From IMG/VR virus record IMGVR_UViG_3300045926_000283, positions 6,497-70,496 of that record: 64,000 nt of DNA, one strand, 5' to 3'. The stretch is from a virus. This document shows, in pieces, positions 9,248 to 17,741 of this stretch (position 1 is its first letter; every line of letters begins with the position of its first letter). The notes below the pieces were generated by a model. The model did no database searches. It saw only the letters and a list, made by a program, of their open reading frames with translations, and was not told where the DNA came from. The position numbers were made by a program, and so were the translations under genes.

Positions 9248-9454
9248 CTACGCCTTCTTCTTGGTGACGTCGGTCGTCGGCTCGATGCGAAGGATCGGGG
9301 TGTGCTGCAGCAGCGTCGGCACGCCGTTCGCCCACTTCGCTCTGTGCTTGTAGACCGAGTCCCAGTTCGCTTCGATGGCGCGCACCGCCAGCTCGGGGCT
9401 GTGGGTGTCGACCTCGACCTCGAACTGCGCCTCGATCGTGACGATGACTCTCAT
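9248..9454 (-). CDS. hypothetical protein
   Basis: MRVIVTIEAQ; GAGGAGG RBS. Confidence 0.6.
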   Translation of the reverse strand: MRVIVTIEAQFEVEVDTHSPELAVRAIEANWDSVYKHRAKWANGVPTLLQHTPILRIEPTTDVTKKKA

Positions 9455-9690
9455 CGTGCCTCCTCTCGCTCGACCGTCGCCCCCTGCCGGCGCAGGATCG
9501 CCGTGCCGCAGTCCTCGCAGTACCCGAACCACGGCCCGGGCGTCGGCTCGGTCTGTCCGTCCTTCACATCGCCGAGCGTGCGGGTGTCGACCACCCGCAC
9601 GCGCATCGTTGCGTGTTTCCGACAGCGGGTGAAGCGCCCGCCGTGGATCTCCCGCTTCTCACACTCGCAGATACTGCCCGGGCGCATCAT
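9451..9690 (-). CDS. Cys-rich hypothetical protein
   Basis: CEC..C..CEDC; coupled overlaps. Confidence 0.6.
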   Translation of the reverse strand: MMRPGSICECEKREIHGGRFTRCRKHATMRVRVVDTRTLGDVKDGQTEPTPGPWFGYCEDCGTAILRRQGATVEREEAR

Positions 9691-9893
9691 CGCCGCACCC
9701 ACAGCTTCCCGACGACTTCGGCGTCGTCGTTCTCTTCCACGATGTCGTAGGTCTCGCTGAGGAACTGTTCATAGTCCCCGTCGTCGAGCGCCTTGTCCGC
9801 CAGCTCCTTCAGCCGTGTGATCGCGCCCTTGCAGGCGTCGTAGAACCGGATCTCGTTGTCGAAGCTCGGCTCGAACTGCAGGGTGATCTTCAT
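9687..9893 (-). CDS. hypothetical protein
   Basis: 68 aa acidic ORF, ATGA overlaps. Confidence 0.65.
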   Translation of the reverse strand: MKITLQFEPSFDNEIRFYDACKGAITRLKELADKALDDGDYEQFLSETYDIVEENDDAEVVGKLWVRR

Positions 9894-10276
9894 CGCTCAC
9901 CTGCCTTCTTCAGGAAGGCCGGCTCGATCCCCTTCGCCTTCCTGGTCGCCGCCGCCTTGTTGGCGCCGCGCTTCCGGTTCACCGTCGCCGCCCCGTCTCG
10001 ATGCCGGGCCAGGACGCTGGTCACATCCGGCGGCAGCACGATCCGGTCGCCGCCCGTGGCGTCGTTCTTCTGCAGGAAGACCGTGTCGGACCCGTCGGCC
10101 CGCACGGTCTTGATCACCCAGGTGACGCTGTTACCGTAGGTGTCGATCAGCTCGACGATCGACTGCTTGGTCACCGCCGCCGGGTTGTTGCTGCACTTCC
10201 TCAGCGCGACGCTGTACTCGTCGCGCGGCAGGCTCGTGGTCAGGTCGGTGTCGACCCCCACGTTCTTCACGCTCAT
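9890..10276 (-). CDS. hypothetical protein
   Basis: MSVKNVGVDT; polypurine RBS. Confidence 0.7.
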   Translation of the reverse strand: MSVKNVGVDTDLTTSLPRDEYSVALRKCSNNPAAVTKQSIVELIDTYGNSVTWVIKTVRADGSDTVFLQKNDATGGDRIVLPPDVTSVLARHRDGAATVNRKRGANKAAATRKAKGIEPAFLKKAGER

Positions 10277-10301
10277 CGCTCTCGCTCCTCTCTGCTCGTT
10301 A

Positions 10302-10517
10302 TCACTCGAACTCGACATCCTGCCGCACCATCACCGACGTCGTTCCGTCGCCCGGTCCGAACAGGTACGTGTCGTCGGCCGGGATCGGCTTCGCATAGCG
10401 GCGATTGCCGACGTACCGCTCGGCGGCGGCCAGCGCCGCTTCGCGGGTGGGGTACTGCTTCTCCGTGTTGCTGTTCAGGAAGTAGCAGGTATAGGTCTCC
10501 AGGCGCTTGACGGCCAT
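10302..10517 (-). CDS. hypothetical protein
   Basis: MAVKRLETY; TGATG coupling. Confidence 0.6.
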   Translation of the reverse strand: MAVKRLETYTCYFLNSNTEKQYPTREAALAAAERYVGNRRYAKPIPADDTYLFGPGDGTTSVMVRQDVEFE

Positions 10518-10765
10518 CAGACCACGCCCCGGATCCGCGCCTCGATCAGCCGCAGCTGCGTCAGCATCTCGCGCAGCCGCTGCTCGCCCTGCTTCCTCGG
10601 CAGCCAGTCGCCGCCGCGCTCGCGGTTCACCGCGAGATCGACCGCGTTCTGCTGATACGCGCGGAACTGCCGCACGTACTTCGCGCACGCCTTCGCCAGC
10701 AGCTCCAGCTCGTCGTACTTGTCGAGATGCGGCTCGTCTCGCCGCACCTCCTGCGTTCTGCTCAC
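10517..10765 (-). CDS. hypothetical protein
   Basis: GTG start after structured element and RBS. Confidence 0.65.
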   Translation of the reverse strand: MSRTQEVRRDEPHLDKYDELELLAKACAKYVRQFRAYQQNAVDLAVNRERGGDWLPRKQGEQRLREMLTQLRLIEARIRGVV

Positions 10766-10781
10766 TCGCTCCTCTCCTCTC

Positions 10782-10840
10782 GGAGTCGGTCATCGACTCC
10801 GCACGCGGTCCGAACCTCGGCTCGGACCGCGCACGCAACC
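10782..10840 (-). repeat. Structured intergenic element, copy A
   Basis: GGTTGCG..GCGGTCCGAGC-CGAG-GTTCGGACCGC..GCGGAGTC..GACTCC then RBS. Confidence 0.75.
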
Positions 10841-10842
10841 GA

Positions 10843-11073
10843 TCACCCCTGCTCGCTTGTTAGCTCCTTCGTCACGTCGAACTGCAGCACGACCTCGGTC
10901 TCGGAGTCGTGCTCAACCCACCTCCTCACGGCCGGGTAGCGCAGATCGTGGCTGGTCATCCCCTCGACCTCGGCCTCGGCTAGCTGCTCGGCCGCTTCCA
11001 TCGTCTCCGCCTCGTAGACCTTGACGAACGTCGTCGTCGTGATCCGGTGCGCCAGTACTTCAAACCTCGCCAT
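10843..11073 (-). CDS. hypothetical protein
   Basis: 76 aa ORF, polypurine RBS. Confidence 0.7.
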   Translation of the reverse strand: MARFEVLAHRITTTTFVKVYEAETMEAAEQLAEAEVEGMTSHDLRYPAVRRWVEHDSETEVVLQFDVTKELTSEQG

Positions 11074-11097
11074 TGCTCGTGCTCCTCTCTCTCTCCC

Positions 11098-11364
11098 TCA
11101 GACTGCCCTGAGGATCTCGACGTCCCGCCAGCGCACCCCACCCGGCTGCCCGTACACCGCCTCCCCGACCTTCAGCCTGAGCAGCTGCCGGCCGGTCTCG
11201 TCCCGTAGCTCCGCGCTCGCCACCGTGGCGTGGACGTGCTCGGTGCCTTCGAGGATGTCCCACATCCTCGCCTGCTTCGCCAGCCGCGCGTGATAGGCGA
11301 CGTGGACCGGGCCGACGTAGACCTTCACGCGGTACAGCTTCGTCACCGCTCGCTCACTCATCAC
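11098..11364 (-). CDS. hypothetical protein
   Basis: 88 aa ORF, polypurine RBS. Confidence 0.65.
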   Translation of the reverse strand: MMSERAVTKLYRVKVYVGPVHVAYHARLAKQARMWDILEGTEHVHATVASAELRDETGRQLLRLKVGEAVYGQPGGVRWRDVEILRAV

Positions 11365-11381
11365 TCACTCCCCTCTCTCGC

Positions 11382-11591
11382 TCAGTAGTTCATCGAGTAG
11401 TCGAAGTCGCCGCCCTCCGCCCATCGCCGCTCCAGCCGCTTCTGGCACTTCACGCAGATCGAGCTGGTCGCCTTCAAGGGCAGCCGCTTGCCGCACTCCA
11501 CACACGTCCACCGTTCCCGCCCTCGGCTGTCGAGCGTCGGGCAGTCGCCTGCCTGATGCCCGCAGCAGGGGAAGTCTTCACACCTCGCCAT
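11382..11591 (-). CDS. Cys-rich small protein
   Basis: MARCEDFPCCGH...CVEC...CVKC. Confidence 0.7.
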   Translation of the reverse strand: MARCEDFPCCGHQAGDCPTLDSRGRERWTCVECGKRLPLKATSSICVKCQKRLERRWAEGGDFDYSMNY

Positions 11592-11626
11592 CACGCACGC
11601 TCCTCTCTCGCTCTCTGCTCTCGCTC

Positions 11627-11854
11627 TCAGACCAGCTTCTCGTTGTAGGCCGGCGTCACATGCCCGGCGAGGATGACCACGATGGACCACGCCCGCGCGT
11701 GCCCGTTCTCGTCGTTCTCCTCCTCGGGCGTCAGCTCGAAGTCGCGGGCGTCTCGGCCCTCGAACGGCTTCACGAAGATCTCGCCGACCGCACTCGGATG
11801 ATCGAGGTACAACCCGATCAGCGTGTACGGCTTCCGCTCCTGCTGCTCACTCAT
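11627..11854 (-). CDS. hypothetical protein
   Basis: GGGAGGAGAGCG leader. Confidence 0.65.
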   Translation of the reverse strand: MSEQQERKPYTLIGLYLDHPSAVGEIFVKPFEGRDARDFELTPEEENDENGHARAWSIVVILAGHVTPAYNEKLV

Positions 11855-11866
11855 CGCTCTCCTCCC

Positions 11867-12328
11867 TTACCTGACACTCGGCGGAACATAGATGCCCCGC
11901 ACCCGCCCGTTGTTCGCGTCCTCGTGGCTCGTCCCCCGCGGCACCAGCCGCAGCACGGCGCCCCGCGGGTCGCCGTTGAACGCCGGCTGCAGCTCGGTCT
12001 TGGCGAGCAGCTGCTCGACCTTCGACTCCGCGTAGCAGCTCGGGCAGCGCCGCTCCCGCTTCCGCCTGACGCCCTTGCCGTCGGCGTACGGCACTTCCTC
12101 GACCACCACCGGGCGGAAGCTCGCCGGCACGTAGCCGCTCTGGCACTTCGGGCAGTAGTCGACTTTGCGCTCGCCGTTATCCGCCGGCCAGTCGCCGTTG
12201 CACTCGGCCACCGCGAGCCGCTGCAGCGTCGTCGCGTAGCGCAGCAGCTTGCGGCTGGTCTCGATGTCCAATCCCGCCTTGGTCGCGGCGACGATGAACT
12301 CGTCGCGCTCCCGTGTGTAACTCATCAT
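11867..12328 (-). CDS. hypothetical protein with Zn-ribbon insert
   Basis: LQRLAVAECNG..CPKC..CPSC..GDPRG. Confidence 0.75.
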   Translation of the reverse strand: MMSYTRERDEFIVAATKAGLDIETSRKLLRYATTLQRLAVAECNGDWPADNGERKVDYCPKCQSGYVPASFRPVVVEEVPYADGKGVRRKRERRCPSCYAESKVEQLLAKTELQPAFNGDPRGAVLRLVPRGTSHEDANNGRVRGIYVPPSVR

Positions 12329-12386
12329 CGCTCTCTCCTCTCACGCTCTCTGTCTGACTGTTGTATCACGCTGGGTTATCGGTCGT

Positions 12387-13043
12387 TCACGCGGTCTTAC
12401 GCAGCCAGATCACGTTGGCTGGCTTGAGCGGGCTGCTCCCGTGGTAGACCAGCCCGATCCGTCCCTTGCCCTGCTGCGCCGGCTTGTCGTTCTTGTTGCC
12501 GTCGATGTACTTCGCTCGGCGCCGGTCGGCGTGACTGGCGAAGATGCGCGAGTGCGGCTTGCTGTGGTCGATCTGGTGATCGAGCTTGCCGCCAACGCTC
12601 TGGATCACCGTGAAGTGCGCCGGCTTCCTGCTCCAGTCGAGATGCAGGCTCTTGGTGTAGCAGTACCACGCGCGATCCGGGAATCGCGCGATGATCCTGA
12701 ACCAGCAGTCGAGATACGCCTGGCTGAAGAAGTCGCCGCTGTCGTGCAGCCGGATACTGCGCTGCTTGATCCGGTGGGTGAGGTCGTCGATCGCCAGCTC
12801 CTCGAAGCGGGCGAGGTCGGTTCGCGCTACGGCCAGATTCGCCTCTCGTGTCCGTCTTGCGTCGGGCATGAGAAAGCGACCCTGCCTCGCGTAGCACAGG
12901 GTCGCGCAGCCACCGGCCTGCGGACAGACAGCAAAGCCGTCCGCAGACCGGAACGCCGGGAGGTTGAAGCTGACAGTGCGCGTCTTACGGAGCTTGCGGT
13001 TGTTGACCGACCAGTAGAGCCGCTCCGCTCGACGCCTGCTCAC
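12387..13043 (-). CDS. GP88-family (radical-SAM-like) protein
   Basis: N.KL, F.LPA, CP....C...CYA, RLHDSGDF, YTK motifs; GTG start. Confidence 0.75.
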   Translation of the reverse strand: MSRRRAERLYWSVNNRKLRKTRTVSFNLPAFRSADGFAVCPQAGGCATLCYARQGRFLMPDARRTREANLAVARTDLARFEELAIDDLTHRIKQRSIRLHDSGDFFSQAYLDCWFRIIARFPDRAWYCYTKSLHLDWSRKPAHFTVIQSVGGKLDHQIDHSKPHSRIFASHADRRRAKYIDGNKNDKPAQQGKGRIGLVYHGSSPLKPANVIWLRKTA

Positions 13044-13477
13044 TCCGCCGCCTTGGCGACGAGGCGAGGCTCGATCTCGCAGCCGAACAGCATCGCGTAG
13101 CGGTCGGTCTTGTCGGGCGGCGACACCACGCCGCCCGCCGCGCTGATCGTGCGCCGCCGCGCGATCCGCTCCCTGGTCTGCCGCTTCCACCACTCCGGCG
13201 GCTGCCGCAGACTGAGGTACACGCCCAGCCACCCGTGCTCGATGAAGTAGCCCTTCACCGTGGCCGGGCCGAGGTTGTTCATGTAGGCAGTGACCTTCGT
13301 CCCCACCGTGGGCGGCGCCTGCTCGCCGCTCCACAGCGCGACCTCGTCGCTGTAGTTCTCGATGATCGGATCGCCGTGCTGATCCTTCACCGAGGTGCTG
13401 TAGACGGGGCGCTGCCACGCGGGCCGCGTCGTCTGCAGCTCGTACCGGGTCACACCCGGTTTCCTCTGCTCACTCAT
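13040..13477 (-). CDS. hypothetical protein
   Basis: MSEQRKPG start after (GA)n leader. Confidence 0.7.
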   Translation of the reverse strand: MSEQRKPGVTRYELQTTRPAWQRPVYSTSVKDQHGDPIIENYSDEVALWSGEQAPPTVGTKVTAYMNNLGPATVKGYFIEHGWLGVYLSLRQPPEWWKRQTRERIARRRTISAAGGVVSPPDKTDRYAMLFGCEIEPRLVAKAAE

Positions 13478-13498
13478 GGACTCACTCTCTCTCTCTCT

Positions 13499-13572
13499 GG
13501 AGTCGCTCTCTCGTGCGCTCCGCTGGGCGAGGCTCGACCCACTGCGGTCGAGCCCCGCACGCAGCACACGAG
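13499..13572 (-). repeat. Structured intergenic element, copy B (divergent)
   Basis: GTGCTGCG..GGGCTCGACC/GGTCGAGCCT..GCGGAGCGCAC..GACTCC then RBS. Confidence 0.6.
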
Positions 13573-13584
13573 CTACTTGCTCTC

Positions 13585-13785
13585 TCAGCTCGCCGTGTTC
13601 AGCCGCTCGCACAGCTCGTCCACCTCGCCGAAGTCCAGCGGCGCGTCGTCCTCGAAGTGGCCGAGGAACCGCTCCGGGATCTCGCCCGTGCCCTCCTCCA
13701 GCACTTCCTCCTGCCAGAACCTGAGCGCCACCAGGACCGTCGCCAGCTCACGGTCGGTCAATCGTCCTGCCACTCGTTTGCCCAT
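13585..13785 (-). CDS. hypothetical protein
   Basis: LTDRELATVLVALRFWQ...EVDELCERLN. Confidence 0.7.
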   Translation of the reverse strand: MGKRVAGRLTDRELATVLVALRFWQEEVLEEGTGEIPERFLGHFEDDAPLDFGEVDELCERLNTAS

Positions 13786-13806
13786 CGCTCTCTCCTCTCT
13801 GCTCTC

Positions 13807-14232
13807 TCAGCCGTAGATCAGCGTGCCGAACACGGTCAGCTGCAGCACCACGTCAGCGGTCTCCGCGTCGTCGTTCTCCTGCAGGAAGTTGGCGAGGTGG
13901 CTCATCGCGCCCGGGAAGGGCATCGGCTTGCCGCCGCCGTTGTCGGGCATCATCCCGGACACCGCGCACGCGCCCAGCCGCTCCAGCCCCTTCGCCAGAT
14001 CCTCGGCGGCGATCATTCGCCGCACCCTCGGCCCGTCGTCGTGCGATTCGTGCTCGACGACCTCGACGCCCAGGTAGTCGAGATTGACCGCCTGATGGAC
14101 CTTGCGGAAGCCCGCCCAGTAATTGGACCCGCCCTCGACCGCACTGCACAGCAGGTCTCTCAACCGCTGCACGTCGATGTCGATGGGGACGACGATCCGC
14201 ACCCGCTCCTCCTTCACGCTCTCGTCACTCAT
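13807..14232 (-). CDS. phage hypothetical protein
   Basis: A.EGGSNYW...DAETADVVLQ..VFG.LIYG. Confidence 0.75.
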   Translation of the reverse strand: MSDESVKEERVRIVVPIDIDVQRLRDLLCSAVEGGSNYWAGFRKVHQAVNLDYLGVEVVEHESHDDGPRVRRMIAAEDLAKGLERLGACAVSGMMPDNGGGKPMPFPGAMSHLANFLQENDDAETADVVLQLTVFGTLIYG

Positions 14233-14248
14233 GGTTCTCTCTCCCTCT

Positions 14249-14314
14249 GGAATCGACTCACCGACTCCGCACGACGGCTGGAACCTCGTTCGGCTCCAGC
14301 CGTGCCGCGCAATC
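14249..14314 (-). repeat. Structured intergenic element, copy C
   Basis: GATTGCG..ACGGCTGGAGC/GTTCCAGCCGT..GCGGAGTC..GATTCC then RBS. Confidence 0.75.
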
Positions 14315-14333
14315 GTCGAATCGCTCACCCGCC

Positions 14334-14549
14334 TTAGTCCTCGTCGGTCAACCACTCCCCGCACTCGTCGCACTGGTAGTAGCAGTCGAAGTCCTGGTAC
14401 GGCGGATGCTCGGCGTCGTAGGCGAAGCAGTTGCCTCGCCCGTCCGGCCCGTCGCCCATCGCCCCGTACTTCTCCTCGGCCTCGTCCTCGGTGGGACGAC
14501 AGCCGACGCAGAAGTCGTACGGGTCATTCGCGCTCGTGTAGATCCGCAT
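14334..14549 (-). CDS. Cys-containing acidic small protein
   Basis: DFCVGC...CDECG. Confidence 0.7.
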   Translation of the reverse strand: MRIYTSANDPYDFCVGCRPTEDEAEEKYGAMGDGPDGRGNCFAYDAEHPPYQDFDCYYQCDECGEWLTDED

Positions 14550-14570
14550 CGCTCTCCTCGCTCTCTTTCC

Positions 14571-14768
14571 TCACTGCTCCTCGAACTCCGCCTTCTTGCT
14601 CAGGAAGCCCGGATCGTGCGTGGCGTTCCACGCCTTGCAGATTGCCCGCGCCTCCTCGATGGTCTTGACGTTCTTGCGGATCGTCCGCCGCTTCCCTGCG
14701 CCGGGCTCGCGTCCGCCCGGCCATGCCGGGTTGGCGATCCACCACGTCCTCGTGAACACTCGGTACAT
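14571..14768 (-). CDS. hypothetical protein
   Basis: MYRVFTRTWW...EEARAIC..WN. Confidence 0.7.
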   Translation of the reverse strand: MYRVFTRTWWIANPAWPGGREPGAGKRRTIRKNVKTIEEARAICKAWNATHDPGFLSKKAEFEEQ

Positions 14769-14790
14769 CACTCGCTCCTCTCTCGCTCTC

Positions 14791-15069
14791 TCAGCCTTTC
14801 GTCTCATCGAACGGCTGCCCGACATAGGTCTCGCAGCACTCCCGCGAGCAGAACAGTCTCCCGCCCGCAATCGGCCCGCTCTGCCTCTTCCCTTGGTCAT
14901 CATCGACGTGGAAGCGGTACAGCCAGTGGCCTGTCACCTGCCCGCCTCGCCGCCGCTCTCTCCGTCCGCCGCACCAGTCGCACGTCGAGATCGTGACTCG
15001 CACGACCTCCGCCATGATGCTGTGGCGGGCGAAGCTGTTGCGTACTACGCTCCTCCTCCTCTCGCTCAT
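14791..15069 (-). CDS. Zn-finger small protein
   Basis: CDWCG...FCSREC. Confidence 0.7.
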   Translation of the reverse strand: MSERRRSVVRNSFARHSIMAEVVRVTISTCDWCGGRRERRRGGQVTGHWLYRFHVDDDQGKRQSGPIAGGRLFCSRECCETYVGQPFDETKG

Positions 15070-15083
15070 CTCGCTCTCCCTCT

Positions 15084-15138
15084 GGAGTCAGTGACTCCGC
15101 GAGGGGCTGGAACCTCGGCTCCAGCCCTCCCCGCAGTC
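15084..15138 (-). repeat. Structured intergenic element, copy D
   Basis: GACTGCG..GGGCTGGAGC-CGAG-GTTCCAGCCC..CGCGGAGTC-ACT-GACTCC then RBS. Confidence 0.75.
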
Positions 15139-15143
15139 GCCGA

Positions 15144-15374
15144 CTACTCAGGGTCGAGCTGCGACCCGTACGCCCAGTGCCCGTTGTTCAGGCCCACCGT
15201 GCAGTAATCGGCTCGCACTCTCGCCCACGGCAGCTCCTGCACCTCACGGCCATACTTCTCGTGCGGCCGGTCGGTCTCATCGATGCTCGTGACCACGGCC
15301 AACCGCGCTGGCTGGCTGCCCCACGCGCCGCGCCACCTCACGCGGTCGCCCACTCGCAACATCTGCTCTCCCAT
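15144..15374 (-). CDS. SH3-like small protein
   Basis: LRVGDRVRWRG.WG...NGHWAYG.Q. Confidence 0.7.
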   Translation of the reverse strand: MGEQMLRVGDRVRWRGAWGSQPARLAVVTSIDETDRPHEKYGREVQELPWARVRADYCTVGLNNGHWAYGSQLDPE

Positions 15375-15395
15375 CGCTCTCTCCTCTCGCTGCTC

Positions 15396-15890
15396 TCAGC
15401 ACGCCTCCATCCACTCCGTCACATCCAGCCCGCACGGCAGCTCATCGCGCCTCGCGGCGAACACGCTCACGTGCTCGCCGTAGTGCTGGCCGTACCGCTG
15501 GATGATCCGCACCCGCTCCGCCACGCTCTCTCGCTCCCAGCACTCGCCCGCCGCGACGTCGATCCGCTGGCTGTAGTCGTCCTCGTCGAGGATTGGGTAC
15601 TCGCTCAGGCTGCCCTCGATCTCCTCCGCCTCGCGGTACTTGTCCTCGTCCTTCGGGTCGACGAGGATCAGCTCGAACCAGCCGCAGGCCCAGTGCCCGA
15701 AGCGATGCACCTGCACGCTGTCGCTCTCGCCGCCGAGCTGCGCCAGCGCGACGGCGAAGTTGGACTGCGTCAGGTAGTCGCTGTCCCGCGTCTGCGAGTA
15801 CAGCACCTCGAAGTCGCTGATCCCGTGCCGCTCGCCGCCGAGGCCCGCCGGGTCGAACCCGGTCGGGCGGAACTCCCTGTACCTCTCCAT
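15396..15890 (-). CDS. phage hypothetical protein
   Basis: RDS..L..SNF...HWACGWFE...YPILDEDD. Confidence 0.75.
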   Translation of the reverse strand: MERYREFRPTGFDPAGLGGERHGISDFEVLYSQTRDSDYLTQSNFAVALAQLGGESDSVQVHRFGHWACGWFELILVDPKDEDKYREAEEIEGSLSEYPILDEDDYSQRIDVAAGECWERESVAERVRIIQRYGQHYGEHVSVFAARRDELPCGLDVTEWMEAC

Positions 15891-15912
15891 CGCTCTCTCC
15901 CCTCTCGCTCTG

Positions 15913-16170
15913 CTACTCCGTCACCCGATCCCAGCTCCGCCACTCCGGCGCGTGAACCGTCCACGTCGTCCGTCGCTGGCCCTCCAGCGGAATCCCCAGC
16001 GTGTCCCACGTCGGGACCTCGCCCTTGTGCTCCTTGCAGTAGCGGCACGAGCAGCCGCCGTCGATCACCCGGCGCAGCTCGTAGGGGATCCGCACGTAGA
16101 CCGATCCGCGCCATACCCGGAGCACGTCCCAGCCTTGCAGGCTGATATTACACTCCGTCATATCCTCCAT
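15913..16170 (-). CDS. hypothetical protein
   Basis: CSCRYC; polypurine RBS. Confidence 0.65.
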   Translation of the reverse strand: MEDMTECNISLQGWDVLRVWRGSVYVRIPYELRRVIDGGCSCRYCKEHKGEVPTWDTLGIPLEGQRRTTWTVHAPEWRSWDRVTE

Positions 16171-16184
16171 CGCTCTCTCCCTCT

Positions 16185-16240
16185 GGAGTCGAAGACTCCG
16201 CGAAGGGCCTGAACCCTCGGCTCAGGCCCAACGCGCAATC
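16185..16240 (-). repeat. Structured intergenic element, copy E
   Basis: GATTGCG..GGGCCTGAGC-CGAGG-GTTCAGGCCC..CGCGGAGTC-TTC-GACTCC then RBS. Confidence 0.75.
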
Positions 16241-16259
16241 TCATCGACCCTGCTCTCGC

Positions 16260-16811
16260 CTACGGCCGTCTCACTTCCTGATCGTCCTCGACCTGCCACA
16301 CCCGGTACGGCGCTTTCTCCTCCTCGAACCAGTCATGGCCCAGGCAGTAGGTCTTCACCCCGCCCGCCTCGAACGCGTCCAGATCCCCCGCGCCCGGGCA
16401 GCACGGCGAGCAGAACCGCGCCGTGGTGTAGTACGGCGAGCGGATCACGTAGATCCCGAGGCTGCTCGTCTCCAGCACGTACCCCTCCGCCTCGTAGCGG
16501 TAGGTGTCCTCGCTCTCCTCGTAGCGGTCGTTGAAGCGATCCTCGACGTCGCCCCAGATGCCGCTGACGTGCTCCTCGACCTGTGCCGCGTCGGCAATGT
16601 CGAAGTCGTCGACCAGCACTCGGCTGAGCGCCAGCCGGATCTGGTCCTTGACCGCGTCGACCGCTGCCGCGTGCGTCAGGTTCTCGCCGCTCGTCCAGAT
16701 GTCCTGCGTGGCCTCTGGGTTCGGCGTGTGCGGGCTGATCACCCCGTACCGGATCCCGGTCGCGTGATCCACGTTGGCCAATCCCCGCCCATAGTCAATC
16801 CCTGCACTCAT
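16260..16811 (-). CDS. phage hypothetical protein
   Basis: GIDYG.G.AN.D..TGIRYGVI...CSPC.PGAGDL. Confidence 0.75.
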   Translation of the reverse strand: MSAGIDYGRGLANVDHATGIRYGVISPHTPNPEATQDIWTSGENLTHAAAVDAVKDQIRLALSRVLVDDFDIADAAQVEEHVSGIWGDVEDRFNDRYEESEDTYRYEAEGYVLETSSLGIYVIRSPYYTTARFCSPCCPGAGDLDAFEAGGVKTYCLGHDWFEEEKAPYRVWQVEDDQEVRRP

Positions 16812-16937
16812 CGCTCTCTCCTCTCGGGCCCGGATCGTCCTTCATCCGTCCCCCACAGGGCTCACGCGACCCACGCTGAGCCCTCTAGGCGACAGACCGG
16901 GCAGAGTCTCGCCCTGCCCGGACCAGATCGCTCCTTG

Positions 16938-17183
16938 CTAGGCCGCCTTGGTCTTCAGCTCCGCGTCGTTGGCCTTGATGAAGGCCTTGACCTGCTCGGC
17001 CATCGCCAACAGCTTCTCCCACTGCTCCCGGTACAGCGTGACCGGGAATCTGCCCAACCCATAGACGCTCAGTCCGCCCTTGGGGCTGACCTTGAGCGTG
17101 ACCTTGGGCGTGCGCGCGGCCTTCAGCCTCGCGTTCTCTGCGATCAGCCGTGCGATCTCCGCTTGCATCTGTTCGTTGCTCAT
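16938..17183 (-). CDS. small coiled-coil protein, first gene of the early array
   Basis: LKVSPKGGLSVYGLGRFPVTLYREQW; AGAGGAG RBS. Confidence 0.8.
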   Translation of the reverse strand: MSNEQMQAEIARLIAENARLKAARTPKVTLKVSPKGGLSVYGLGRFPVTLYREQWEKLLAMAEQVKAFIKANDAELKTKAA

Positions 17184-17196
17184 CTCTGCACTCCTC

Positions 17197-17741
17197 TGGG
17201 CTTCGATGGAAGCCCTAATGCCGTCTGGGCTATGAACCAGACTGCCGCATTTCAGGCGAGCTTCCCATGTAGGGTTCCCCTCGCCTGTCACCTGCGTCCG
17301 CGCGCGTACACAGCTCGCGCTGTGGGTGATACGCTCGCGGTGTGAGCGGTGCCTACTCCGGTGCCTGTGGGGGACTCAGGGTCGCGTGGTCGCCCGCGAC
17401 GGAAGGCTTTAAGACTCACTGGGCGTTTAGCGTGTGAGCGATCAGCGCCGTCGTAGGCTCGCCTGTCCTACCCGTTCTGCCGGTCTGGTCGTACTCCGGC
17501 TCCCCTGCCCGCCTTGGGTGTGGCCGTCGGCAAGGGCGTTTCGGCTATGGCTGCCTGCCTGTAGTCTCAGTGTCGGACGGCTACTGACTCCCCGGAATGG
17601 CTTCGTCGGGGCGGAGCGTTCGTCGTCCGGCATGCCTTGGGGCAGACCGCGTTTGTCAGAGAACTCGAACCCACCGCGTCCCGCAGGCGACCAAGGGCCC
17701 TGTCGGGGCACCGGCGAACCGGTGCGGAGCGGCGTGCTGCC
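17197..17741 (-). ncRNA. Putative long structured leader RNA
   Basis: No credible ORF; many hairpins including GCACCGG-UUCG-CCGGTGC; begins right after the sigma54-type promoter. Confidence 0.5.

Noticed and set aside
10782-16240. CRISPR array or canonical integron attC array
   Set aside because: Repeats are separated by whole genes, vary in sequence and lack RYYYAAC/GTTRRRY ends; no cas operon or recognisable IntI
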